Source: a virus (lineage: Duplodnaviria; Heunggongvirae; Uroviricota; Caudoviricetes). From it: a stretch of DNA of 64,000 nucleotides. The position numbers were made by a program, and so were the translations under genes. The stretch covers positions 89,598-153,597 of IMG/VR virus record IMGVR_UViG_3300043313_001192, one strand, 5' to 3'. Position 1 is the stretch's first letter. Each line of letters starts with the position of its first letter. Of the stretch, positions 18,545-26,446 are shown in pieces. The notes beneath the pieces are model-generated. The model searched no databases. It saw only the letters and a program-made list of their open reading frames with translations, and was not told the DNA's origin.

Positions 18545-19504
18545 CTACAACTGCTGCTGGACCAGGAACCGCTCCAGCTCTTCCAGCTGATCTTGCGTCT
18601 CGACCCACACCTCCTGGGCGCGTAGACCCGCCATCGCGGCGTACGCCGCGTAGACGCCTGGGTCTGAGAGCGCGGTGATCGCCTCGGCCCAGTGCGTCGG
18701 GCGCTCGGGGTCGCGGAAGAGACCCGCGTAGCTGAGCGACTCCTGCAGACCTGGGGTGGGGCTGGCGATGACCGGGATGTTCGAGGAGGCAGCCTCCACG
18801 CCCACCCGTCCCCAGGACTCATACTTGCTGGGCACCAGCAAGATCCGGGTGCGGGCATAGATCTCTCCGGCCGGGTCGTCGGTGGGCGCGATCACCTCGA
18901 CGTTGCTCGGAACCACCTTCGGAATGCCCTGGTCCCCGTAGCCACCCTGCACGGCCAGGAAGCGGGTCTCGGGCAGCAGTCGGGCCACCTCCCACAGCAG
19001 CTTCCCGTTCTTGAACAGGTTGATCTGGGTCACCAGCGAGTCCTGTCGATGGACGGCGTAGTGGACGGGGCTCACCGGCGGGTAGACCACCTGGCGGGGC
19101 AGCTCTGGCCTGATGCGGGCACACTCCTCACCCAGCCACTGGGAGTTGAAGATGAGCCCGGTGAGAGTCCTGGCCCGCCGCACCACGATCTTGGTCATCC
19201 GCATGTCGTTGTGCAGCACGGACACGATCGGCAGGTCCAGCTTCCGCGCCGCGATCATCGCCACCGAGGTGACGTCGTGATGGGTCAGCAGCACGTCGGC
19301 ACCCTTCGCCGCGTCCACGATGTCAGTGCTGTAGATGTGCGGGATCGAGCTGAGCGGAGGGTCCCCGTCGGTCTCGTCCGGGTGCGGAATGACCACCGCG
19401 ACGGTGTGCCCGCGCTGATCGAGATGGGTGAGTATCGCCTGGAGCATCTGCTCCGAGCCCGCAGGGTCTGTCGTCGGACGGTGCAGGATGGCCGTGATGT
19501 TCAT
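18545..19504 (-). CDS. GT1 (GT4-like) glycosyltransferase
   Basis: 319 aa; C-terminal ...ILLVPSKYESWGRVGVEAASSNIPVIASPTPGLQE matches the GT-B E-X7-E / PVI motif. Confidence 0.65.
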   Translation of the reverse strand: MNITAILHRPTTDPAGSEQMLQAILTHLDQRGHTVAVVIPHPDETDGDPPLSSIPHIYSTDIVDAAKGADVLLTHHDVTSVAMIAARKLDLPIVSVLHNDMRMTKIVVRRARTLTGLIFNSQWLGEECARIRPELPRQVVYPPVSPVHYAVHRQDSLVTQINLFKNGKLLWEVARLLPETRFLAVQGGYGDQGIPKVVPSNVEVIAPTDDPAGEIYARTRILLVPSKYESWGRVGVEAASSNIPVIASPTPGLQESLSYAGLFRDPERPTHWAEAITALSDPGVYAAYAAMAGLRAQEVWVETQDQLEELERFLVQQQL

Positions 19505-19788
19505 GACGAGGTGTCGCCGACGTCCGAGCCGGGCTCGGCCGTCCCGGTCTCCTCATCGGTGCGCTCGGACTCCTCGGCCGAAACCAGCATGTCGCCCAGG
19601 GTGGTCACGCTCGCGGTGAACGCCCCGAAGAGCACGAAGATCGAGACCCACAGGTTGGAGACGTCGGGGAAGACGAAGACCACCAGGCCGATCGCCAGCG
19701 CGTTGGCGCCCAGCGTGACCACCGCCCAGGCAATCCGGTAGCGCTTGATGAGCGCGACCAGCTTGGAGGGTCTGGGCCGATGCGCCAT
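19501..19788 (-). CDS. small two-TM membrane protein
   Basis: RIAWAVVTLGANALAIGLVVFVF and LWVSIFVLFGAFTASVTTL hydrophobic helices; acidic C-terminus; ATGA overlap with the GT1 gene. Confidence 0.45.
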   Translation of the reverse strand: MAHRPRPSKLVALIKRYRIAWAVVTLGANALAIGLVVFVFPDVSNLWVSIFVLFGAFTASVTTLGDMLVSAEESERTDEETGTAEPGSDVGDTSS

Positions 19789-19796
19789 GCCTCATG

Positions 19797-20276
19797 TTAG
19801 CTAAACACTGCGCCCTTGGGCCGCTCGCGCGGGTTGTCGATGTCGTCCCAGGCCGCGGCGGGCGCCCAGCCATGCCGCTGAGCCGCCTCGATGCTGCGTC
19901 TGCGCATCCCGGTCTCCACCTGGCCACGCAGCTCACCACGCAGCCACCGGCCCCACAGCACCTCGTGAGCCTCCTCGATGCGCTCGGCCGTGCTGCGCAG
20001 CACCAGGTCGCGCCGCATCACCACGCTCACCGCCGCCGGGGTCGCCCAGCCGCACACGTCGGCGATCTCCTCCAGCTTCCAGCCCATCAGCTTCAGCGCC
20101 TGGATCCGCCGCTGAGAGCCGGTCGCGTCGACTCGACGTCGGCCGTCATCGCCGTGGATGGCGATGTCGGACTTCCACTTGCGGTTGTAGGCGTAGATCG
20201 CCTCCCGACAGCAGTCCTCCCGGCAGCCGGTCACCCAGCCCTGTGTCTCCCCATGACGGATCTCGGTCATGTCCAC
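19797..20276 (-). CDS. putative HTH DNA-binding protein with Cys cluster
   Basis: 159 aa; GCREDCCREA Cys cluster; HTH-like ...LEEIADVCGWATPAAVSVVMRR. Confidence 0.35.
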   Translation of the reverse strand: MDMTEIRHGETQGWVTGCREDCCREAIYAYNRKWKSDIAIHGDDGRRRVDATGSQRRIQALKLMGWKLEEIADVCGWATPAAVSVVMRRDLVLRSTAERIEEAHEVLWGRWLRGELRGQVETGMRRRSIEAAQRHGWAPAAAWDDIDNPRERPKGAVFS

Positions 20277-20388
20277 CTCTCGTCATTCGTCGTGTGTCAT
20301 TCGTCGTTGGCGAGATCGTAGACCAATCTGCATCACCTTCTGGCCCGAATCTCGTTAGACAGAACAGGGCAGTGGGGGGAGCCCACGA

Positions 20389-20418
20389 GGGCCGGGCCAC
20401 CTTGCGGTGACCCGGCCC
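20389..20418 (-). terminator. GC-rich hairpin 18 nt downstream of the rsr stop
   Basis: 13-bp stem (one mismatch), 4-nt loop: AGGGCCGGGCCACC-TTGC-GGTGACCCGGCCCT. No U-tract on the minus strand, which is common in high-GC actinobacteria. Confidence 0.35.
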
Positions 20419-20435
20419 TTGTCCTGGACGGTGAC

Positions 20436-22103
20436 TCAGCTCTCCCAGGGCCAGTCCTGCGTGGCCCCCAGCTCGATCTGCGGGATCAGCCCCCAGCTCT
20501 GGTCGGTCAGACCGCCGAAGCTGTGTCGGGTCGGCCCCGACTCACCGTGGGCCGCACGGTAGCCCGCGACGTTCCAGGTGTAGCAGAACACGTCGTCCGG
20601 CAGGAGCGAGTCGATCGACCCACCGAGCCGGTCGTAGGCCGCCTGCTCGTCGGTGACGATGATGACCCGCTTGTGCTCGCCCGCCCGGAAGTGGTCGCGC
20701 ACCGCCTGCATCGTGGCCGTGCCACCCATCGAGACGAACTTGCCCATGTGGTCCAGCACACCCTTCGACCGGTCGACCTTGATCACCGACGAGCCCGTGC
20801 CGTACTGCACCAGCGTCGGGTTCTCGGCCCGCAGCGCCAGCGCCGAGGCGAACAGCGCCGCCTGCTCGTAGGGGAACGTCTTGCCCCGCTCCGAGCCGCC
20901 CCAGGGCCACATCGACCCGGACATGTCGGCCAGGATCAGCGAGCCGCCGTCCAGCACCGGCACGTTCGCCAGCGAGTACTGCAGCCCCGCGCTGAGCGAC
21001 TTCGCCCAGTGGTTGCCCTCGGTGGCCTTGAACGCGGAGTAGAACCGGAACGGGAACTGCCGCGACCGTGCCACCTCGTCGGAGTCGGCCAGCACCGCCT
21101 TGACGTGCTTGACCACGTCGGGAGCGATCTTGGCCTCGTCGAAGTTGCGCAGGTTGCGGAGCAGGGCCATGTAGCCCATCCCGTGCTGGATGAACAGCTT
21201 CCACTGGTCGGCCTCGGACACGCGATCGAACGTGCGGTCCTCGGTGTTCTCACCCAGCCAGGACTTGCCCCACTCCCACTGACCCGCGAGGGCCTGCAGC
21301 CAGCGGAACTCGGCGTCCGGCTCACCGGCGAGCACCTGCCGCACGAACGCGTGCCGCTCAGCGATCGCCAGCTCGTTCAGCGCCAGCCGGTTGGTGATGG
21401 CCTTGAGCATCACCAGGTCCGCCTCGGGGGTCTCCCGACGTGCGTGACGCCGGTCGAGCAGCCAGCCGAACAGCGCCGACTGCTCCGGCCCCTTGGGGGT
21501 CGGGTGGGTCAGCTCGACCACGTCACCCAGACGCATCGCGCCCCGGTTGCCGTCGTAGCGCAGCGCCGCACGCTGGTTGAAGACCTTGCGCGCAGCATCA
21601 GCCACGCCTCGCTTCACCGGCATCGGCAGGTTGCGCCCGTACCGGGTCTGCCAGTAGGCGATGAACTCGCCGGGCTCGTCAGCACGCAGGATCGCTGCCG
21701 AGATCACCTGCCGGTTGAGCCCAGGCGCGAGCGGGGCCGTGAGGCGCTCGCCCTTCTCAGGTGCCTCGGAGACACCGGCGTCCAGGCGGGCCTTGACGAA
21801 CTCGGCCGCGACCAGGATCGAGACCGAGCGCATGTTGGCCTTGGCCCGCAGCCACTCGACGAAGTTGCGCACCCACTGCGGGTCTTCGAGCGTGACCCGC
21901 TTGACCAGCTCGCGAAGTCGATTCTCGCGATCACTGGGGGACTCGTAGAACGTCGGCTCCAGCGTGGTGGACACGGCGCTCAGGTACAGCTCCGCCTGGG
22001 GCTCGCGTGCGAACCCGGTCCCTCCCTCGTGGGTCGCGACCTTCTCGCCCGTGGTGCCGAGCAGTGCTCCCCGGCCCTTCGTGGTGCCTGCGAACTTCGC
22101 CAT
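20436..22103 (-). CDS. rsr: Ro60-like TROVE-domain RNA-binding protein with C-terminal vWA (Rsr-like)
   Basis: 555 aa; N-terminal ...HEGGTGFAREPQAELYLSAVSTTLEPTFYE (Ro60 'GG..F / TFYE' signature); C-terminal vWA with MIDAS LILADMSGSMW (DxSxS); RBS GAGGAG before the ATG at 22103. Confidence 0.75.
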   Translation of the reverse strand: MAKFAGTTKGRGALLGTTGEKVATHEGGTGFAREPQAELYLSAVSTTLEPTFYESPSDRENRLRELVKRVTLEDPQWVRNFVEWLRAKANMRSVSILVAAEFVKARLDAGVSEAPEKGERLTAPLAPGLNRQVISAAILRADEPGEFIAYWQTRYGRNLPMPVKRGVADAARKVFNQRAALRYDGNRGAMRLGDVVELTHPTPKGPEQSALFGWLLDRRHARRETPEADLVMLKAITNRLALNELAIAERHAFVRQVLAGEPDAEFRWLQALAGQWEWGKSWLGENTEDRTFDRVSEADQWKLFIQHGMGYMALLRNLRNFDEAKIAPDVVKHVKAVLADSDEVARSRQFPFRFYSAFKATEGNHWAKSLSAGLQYSLANVPVLDGGSLILADMSGSMWPWGGSERGKTFPYEQAALFASALALRAENPTLVQYGTGSSVIKVDRSKGVLDHMGKFVSMGGTATMQAVRDHFRAGEHKRVIIVTDEQAAYDRLGGSIDSLLPDDVFCYTWNVAGYRAAHGESGPTRHSFGGLTDQSWGLIPQIELGATQDWPWES

Positions 22104-22142
22104 GACTGCTCCTCTCGTTGTCGTGTGTCTTGGCGTGCAAAA

Positions 22143-22218
22143 GGCGGCTGAGTACAGGTATGCAGTGGGGTGGTTTCAGTTTGCAGATGAAGTAACCCAC
22201 CACTTCGCAGCAGCCGCC
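22143..22218 (-). ncRNA. long imperfect hairpin closed by an 8-bp stem and followed by UUUUG (terminator-like or Y-RNA-like stem)
   Basis: Minus strand GGCGGCTG-(60 nt including the inner stem AGTGGTGGGTT.../...AACCACCCCACT)-CAGCCGCC-TTTTG, ending 35 nt upstream of the rsr start codon. Confidence 0.3.
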
Positions 22219-22998
22219 AAAAAGTGAGTGCCGAGAACATGTCGATGCAACTGACGTAGATGCTCTGCCGATTGAGCTACAGCCGCCACGTGGGGCGGCT
22301 GCTGGGACTCGAACCCAGAACCCTCTCCTCCAGATGGAAGTAAGTCGCGTCTTCGCATCGGCACTCAAGATCTTTAGTTGTAGGTGTGCTGAGAACAAAG
22401 CCAGATCACGCAAATCCGCGACCGTCCGGTTATCGAGCCGAGTGTCCACGGGTCATGCGGTGGTTTGGTGCATGAAGGATCGCGATCTTTCGCATCAGCA
22501 CACTGTTCAGTTGTTGTGATAACGAGTGCTGAGAACGTGGTCGAACCAGGACCACGGCGCTCTACCAGCTGAGCTACAGGAACCTTGCGGCCCTGACGGG
22601 ACTCGAACCCGCGACCACCCGATTAACAGTCGAAGGAGCCCGATTCTGCGCAACAGCGCTCGAACTTTGGATGTGCTGAGAACAAGAAGATCCACGAGAT
22701 GTTGCAGCTAACCCCGCTTGCACGGGTGCCACCTCGCCAATGTGGCCTCAGCCGTCCCAGGATGACTAGTCCAGTGACGACCGACAGGAGTCGAACCTGT
22801 GATTTCCGAAGGAACGCGAATCCGCGCATCAGCACATAACACTGTTTAGTTGGTAAGTGCACCGAGAACATGTAGACGCAGGCGTTGGCCCGTTGAAAGG
22901 CCGCGCGAGGGACATTGAACCTCAACGCCTTTTCCGAAGTAACCCGCAGCAATCGCATCGGTGCACACTGTGAAGTTGTCCGAGTAGCGGCCGAGAAC
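22213..22998 (-). repeat. array of 6 non-coding units (130-185 bp), each ending in a conserved GTTCTC(A/G)GCAC box, containing tRNA-like arms
   Basis: Plus-strand gtgc(t/c)gagaac occurs at ~22228, 22386, 22527, 22673, 22857 and 22987, preceded by TTyAGTTG-like sequence. Minus-strand D-arm consensus GTAGCTCAATCGGCAGAGC (22262-22287) and GTAGCTCAGCTGGTAGAGC (22559-22584). T-arm-like GGTTCGAGTCC / GGTTCGACTCC / GGTTCAATGTCC at 22303-22319, 22596-22612, 22786-22802 and 22906-22922. No full cloverleaf could be folded by eye. Confidence 0.5.
22587..22634 (-). ncRNA. tRNA-like 3' portion (GTT anticodon-like stem-loop + T-arm + acceptor-like strand) abutting a 5' acceptor + D-arm segment
   Basis: Minus: TTCGA-CTGTTAA-TCGGG (7-nt loop, U33, GUU, A37), TGGTC, GCGGG-TTCGAGT-CCCGT, CAGGGCC-G, immediately followed by GGTTCCTG-TAGCTCAGCTGGTAGAGC. 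No matching 5' acceptor lies upstream, so either a permuted/split tRNA, a degenerate tRNA or a Y-RNA-like tRNA mimic. Confidence 0.3.
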
Positions 22999-23375
22999 CC
23001 AGAGGCGCCGGTGCAGGAGCTGTTCGCTGAATGAAGGATCCCGCGTGGCTTCGCAACGGCCACCGTTGCTCAGGAGGACGACACTACACAGCCTGCACAG
23101 CCACGTCACCTGGTTTACCGAGAAGTTTCCAGGTTGGGGAGTCTAGACATGCCAGCACGGAGTTGACACGATGGTGGGCAACGCCGCCGTCCCGGTTACC
23201 CCCCGTACCTGGGCGGCGGCGTCTCCACGCTCAGGGGTCGGTGAAGAGCCGGACATTTACCGCGACCACGTCGCGCCAGCTCTGCACGCAGCTGCACTCG
23301 CTGCAGCCGTCATCAGCGTGGTAGGGGCTGGTGTGCCCGCACCACGGGCACCTCATCGAGTGGAACGGCAGGGAG

Positions 23376-24173
23376 TCACGTCCAGGACGAGACCGTCGGG
23401 CTTCCTTCGATGCAGGCATTCTTGATCCGATCGACGTAAGCCAGGACGTTGCGCGGAACCGAGCCTGGCGGTGTGTACATCTCCGGAGCACCTGCGGCCA
23501 GCCACCGTTTGGCTCCGGTGATGCCGAGGTTGTAGCTGACGATCGCATGGTCGAGGTTGCCGTCCAGGCGGTCCATCGCGTTGAGCAGGTAGCTGATGAT
23601 GAAGTTGAAGGAGAACGTCGGGCTCAGTCGCTCCCGCTCGCTCATGTCCGGGTGGGCCTCGCCGTTGATCTGGGCGAGCCCGATGTCCACCGGCTTGATG
23701 TAGCCGACCGCGCCAGGGTCCCACGCCGACTCGTTCTGGACCACTCCACAGACCACTTCCCACTGCTCGATCCCGCGCTTGTGACACAGCGCCTGCAGCT
23801 CGGGCAGCCACAGTGCCTTGGCGGTGTACGGCCCGATCCCGCCCCAGCTGTCCTGGCCGATGGTGCGCCGGAACCGGCTGGCTGCAGCAGCCGTGGGACG
23901 GTCGAAGGTGCCGTTGATGTCCAGCTTGATCTTCAGCCTGCGGTTCAGCGCCCGCTGGATGGCCAGCACGGCGCCGTGCACGGCCCGCTCGTTGCCGTCC
24001 TTGGACTTCCAGCCCCCGGAGCCCACCAGCGGCATCCCAGAGGCTGCCAGGCAGTAGTAGCGCCCCGACGTCTTGCCGTTCCACTCCAGGGTGCCGCCAC
24101 CCCCGGCCTTGGGCCAGGCGGCTCGGCCGCGCGGTCCCGCCGGTGCCCCTGGTGGCGGCGTGCGCTCGCTCAT
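23376..24173 (-). CDS. endolysin: peptidoglycan-binding domain + lytic transglycosylase (SLT) domain
   Basis: Start judged at MSERTPPPGAP (the upstream 132 codons of ORF 23376..24569 are Arg/Pro run-on). PG_binding_1-like AVLAIQRALNRRLKIKLDINGTFDRPTAAAASRFRRTIG; SLT motifs ...NESAWDPGAVGY...DIGLAQIN...SYNLGITG. Confidence 0.6.
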   Translation of the reverse strand: MSERTPPPGAPAGPRGRAAWPKAGGGGTLEWNGKTSGRYYCLAASGMPLVGSGGWKSKDGNERAVHGAVLAIQRALNRRLKIKLDINGTFDRPTAAAASRFRRTIGQDSWGGIGPYTAKALWLPELQALCHKRGIEQWEVVCGVVQNESAWDPGAVGYIKPVDIGLAQINGEAHPDMSERERLSPTFSFNFIISYLLNAMDRLDGNLDHAIVSYNLGITGAKRWLAAGAPEMYTPPGSVPRNVLAYVDRIKNACIEGSPTVSSWT

Positions 24174-24820
24174 CGGAGCTTCTTCATCCGGGAGATCGCG
24201 GTGGTCTTGGTGTAGCCCATCCGGTCGACCTTGCGCCGCGGCGCCCAGGTCTTGTGCTCCAGGTGTGCGCGCAGCGGCAGGTCGTACATCTGCTGGGTGC
24301 CGTTGAGGCAGCGGGCCATGAAGTCGTGGAAGTTCATCTTCTTGCCGGTCTTGGCGTTGGTGTAGACCCGCGTCCAGTCGATGTTGGCCAGCCCGCCCTC
24401 GAACTCCCAGCCGAAGGCGTACCGGCGCGCGGAGTCTCTGGGGATCGTGTAGGTCTTGGGCTTGGCCACCCCGGACGGCACCACGATCGGACCGCCCTTG
24501 CCGGGGTGGTTGGCGTAGCCCAGGGTGATGATCCGGGCGACCAGGTCGAAGCCGCCGTAGCCGTTGCACAGCGGGCCGGGCAGGTTGTCAGCCGGTCGGC
24601 CGCGCTTGACCAGGGACAGGCACGGGGTCTTGTTCTTGGCGTTGTACCGACTCACCGTGTGATGGGCGAACGAGGCGACCACGAACTGGGAGTTCCACAC
24701 CCCGTACGGGCTGGGTCGTCCCGGCATCACCTCGATGGAGACCTGGGGGACACCGCAGTCCAGCAATGCTGCCCGGAGCTGACGAGCCTCGGCGACAGCG
24801 GAGGCACGCGTGTTCGCCAT
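24170..24820 (-). CDS. putative cell-wall amidase/peptidoglycan hydrolase (Amidase_2/PGRP-like, tentative)
   Basis: 216 aa; SFAHHTVS, GYGGFDLV and AFGWEFEGG blocks resemble Amidase_2 H..T / ..IGIE.EG motifs; ATGA overlap with the transglycosylase gene. Confidence 0.4.
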   Translation of the reverse strand: MANTRASAVAEARQLRAALLDCGVPQVSIEVMPGRPSPYGVWNSQFVVASFAHHTVSRYNAKNKTPCLSLVKRGRPADNLPGPLCNGYGGFDLVARIITLGYANHPGKGGPIVVPSGVAKPKTYTIPRDSARRYAFGWEFEGGLANIDWTRVYTNAKTGKKMNFHDFMARCLNGTQQMYDLPLRAHLEHKTWAPRRKVDRMGYTKTTAISRMKKLR

Positions 24821-25035
24821 CAGTCGTCCACACCCGTCGAGTCATCGTCGTCGGGGTCGATGTCCGCGCCGAGCTGCTGCCCGGCGGCCAGCTCGTCGGC
24901 GGTGGGCTCGGCAATGATCTGATCATTGTCGACCCACGTGCCGGTGGTGGGTGGCTCGTCGGGGAAGACGGTGAGGTTGCCGGTGGTGTCCTCGTCCTCG
25001 TCGTCGATGGTGCCGCGCGCGTGGGACTGGGTCAT
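24820..25035 (-). CDS. small highly acidic protein (71 aa)
   Basis: ORF MTQSHARGTIDDEDEDTTGNLTVFPDEPPTTGTWVDNDQIIAEPTADELAAGQQLGADIDPDDDDSTGVDD; ATGA overlap. Confidence 0.35.
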   Translation of the reverse strand: MTQSHARGTIDDEDEDTTGNLTVFPDEPPTTGTWVDNDQIIAEPTADELAAGQQLGADIDPDDDDSTGVDD

Positions 25036-25100
25036 GCCCCGATGCTAGTGACGAACCGATCTGTTTACAACAACACCAACTCAGCGGCGTACGCTCCAGG

Positions 25101-25481
25101 TCAGTACATAGGCCCGTACGAGTAGATGTTGGCGGTGCGCAGGAAGCCCTTCTCGTTCGTCTTGATGGCCAGGATCTGCGCGATGTAGGCGTCGGTGTGC
25201 GGCAGTCGTTCACACGCGTCGCCGTTCATGACGTACATCATCGGGTGGGCGCACAACGCCCACCCGGTTCTGGCCCGCGTGGTGAATGGCCCGCCAACGA
25301 GCACCGGCTGCAGCGTGACCACGTTGCCCACGTAGCCGTGTCTGAGGATCTCGTACCCGCCGCCCTCAGACCCGGTGATCACGATCCGCCCGGTCCTCTC
25401 GAAGTGAGCCCGCTCCCGAGGGTTGAGCACCCTCGGGAGCAGCTCCACAGCTCGCCTCTCGGCGTCCGCGCTGGTGCGCAC
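25101..25481 (-). CDS. hypothetical protein (126 aa)
   Basis: ORF MRTSADAERRAVELLPRVLNPRERAHFERTGRIVITGSEGGGYEILRHGYVGNVVTL... Confidence 0.4.
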   Translation of the reverse strand: MRTSADAERRAVELLPRVLNPRERAHFERTGRIVITGSEGGGYEILRHGYVGNVVTLQPVLVGGPFTTRARTGWALCAHPMMYVMNGDACERLPHTDAYIAQILAIKTNEKGFLRTANIYSYGPMY

Positions 25482-25759
25482 TAGCCCCCCTGGATCTGCG
25501 GGGTGATGAAGGTCTCCTTGGCCGTCGGGTCGAACTCCTTGATGATCTGACCCTGCTCGCCGTCCTGCATGGTGTACGCCAGCGGTCGCTGGCTCTCCAT
25601 GATGGCGTCAAACTGGTCCCGGACCTCTTGCACCGCGACCGGGTCGTTCGGGTCGAACCTGACCTCGGTGTGACCCGACCCGTCGAGGATGTTCAGGACG
25701 TGCAGCTCCTGCCCCTCGACCGTCGACTCGCCCTTCTTGAGCCTGCCGAACACTGTCAT
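25481..25759 (-). CDS. small protein, paralogue A (92 aa)
   Basis: Shares with 27108..27392 the pattern (V/M)(R/M)(F/W)DP.(D/N)P..V......FDA.......LAY......G.....I(K/R)(E/D)FDP....I...Q..GG-end. Confidence 0.45.
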   Translation of the reverse strand: MTVFGRLKKGESTVEGQELHVLNILDGSGHTEVRFDPNDPVAVQEVRDQFDAIMESQRPLAYTMQDGEQGQIIKEFDPTAKETFITPQIQGG

Positions 25760-25794
25760 CTGTCATTCCTTCCTGTTGGTGAATCCCTGGTGCT

Positions 25795-26229
25795 TCATTC
25801 CCCGAACCGGGTCTGGTGCGGTGGCTTGGTCGGGTCGTTGGCTGCTTCGATCTGCCGGTGCACGATGTTGTCGCGCTCGTGCTCGATCTCCACCAGCGAG
25901 CGCTCCATCACCAGCTCGCCGCGCTTGTCGCGCAGCTCGCGGCGCTGCCGTCGGCTCAGCACTTCCTGCTCGATCGGGTTCGCGAAGACCTTCTCGTGCC
26001 CGGTCAGGCGCTCCCCGTAGAGCGAGGCGGCGAACCCGCAGGCAACGGTGAACACCGCCAGCAAGAGCGTCGGAATGATCAGCCACATGCTCTGCACCGC
26101 GGTGAGCACCAGCAGCGTCGCGGTGGCCAGCGCACTGGCGATCGCCACCACGGCTGCGGCGATCATCATGATCCGGTTCAGCATCTGTTCGTCCATCGTC
26201 ATGCGTCCTTCGCTACTCGATCTACTCAA
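25795..26229 (-). CDS. two-TM membrane protein (144 aa)
   Basis: IMMIAAAVVAIASALATATLLVL and LIIPTLLLAVFTVACGFAASLY hydrophobic segments; charged coiled-coil C-terminus. Confidence 0.45.
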   Translation of the reverse strand: MSRSSSEGRMTMDEQMLNRIMMIAAAVVAIASALATATLLVLTAVQSMWLIIPTLLLAVFTVACGFAASLYGERLTGHEKVFANPIEQEVLSRRQRRELRDKRGELVMERSLVEIEHERDNIVHRQIEAANDPTKPPHQTRFGE

Positions 26230-26446
26230 CTTTCCCGATCATCCGGAATCCGCCCTGGCCCTGCAGGTTGCCGATCCGGTACCCGGCCTTGAGCCGGAAG
26301 TCGACCTCATCCGGATCGTCGTCCATCTCGGGCATCGCGTACTCCAGGTAGCCCTCGAAGGAGTCCCCCTCCTCGACGTGCGCCCGGATGTCGTCCAGCA
26401 CCGCCAGCAGCGTCGCCTTGGAGACCGGCTCCGGGACCTGGGCCAT
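26222..26446 (-). CDS. hypothetical protein (74 aa)
   Basis: ORF MAQVPEPVSKATLLAVLDDIRAHVEEGDSFEGYLEYAMPEMDDDPDEVDF... Confidence 0.4.
   Translation of the reverse strand: MAQVPEPVSKATLLAVLDDIRAHVEEGDSFEGYLEYAMPEMDDDPDEVDFRLKAGYRIGNLQGQGGFRMIGKVE

Noticed and set aside
20523-22151. 542-aa plus-strand ORF
   Set aside because: Antisense of the TROVE/vWA gene.
22259-22320. Two adjacent canonical tRNA genes sharing an acceptor sequence
   Set aside because: The matching 5' acceptor/D-arm for the upstream T-arm and the T-arm for the downstream D-arm are not present at the expected distances, so the unit is reported as a tRNA-like/permuted module rather than two tRNAs.
22213-22998. Possible CRISPR array (regularly spaced short repeats)
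   Set aside because: Repeats are only ~11 nt, imperfect, with variable spacing (130-185 bp), and the 'spacers' contain tRNA-like arms; no cas genes.
23110-23375. Inverted repeats downstream of the lysin gene (GCCGCCG...CGGCGGC at ~23190-23230; GCTGCA-CTCG-CTGCAGC at ~23289-23308), considered as terminators
   Set aside because: Stems are short with long loops and no U-tracts on either strand; could be read either way, so not called.
23376-24569. N-terminal 130 codons of ORF 23376..24569 (and similar N-terminal extensions of ORFs 41569..42819, 29070..29837, 30329..31009, 7084..7923, 12094..13191, 60615..61349)
   Set aside because: Arg/Pro/Gly-rich run-on upstream of the plausible start codon, overlapping the preceding gene; starts were moved to the first internal start that restores ATGA/GTGA coupling or normal composition.
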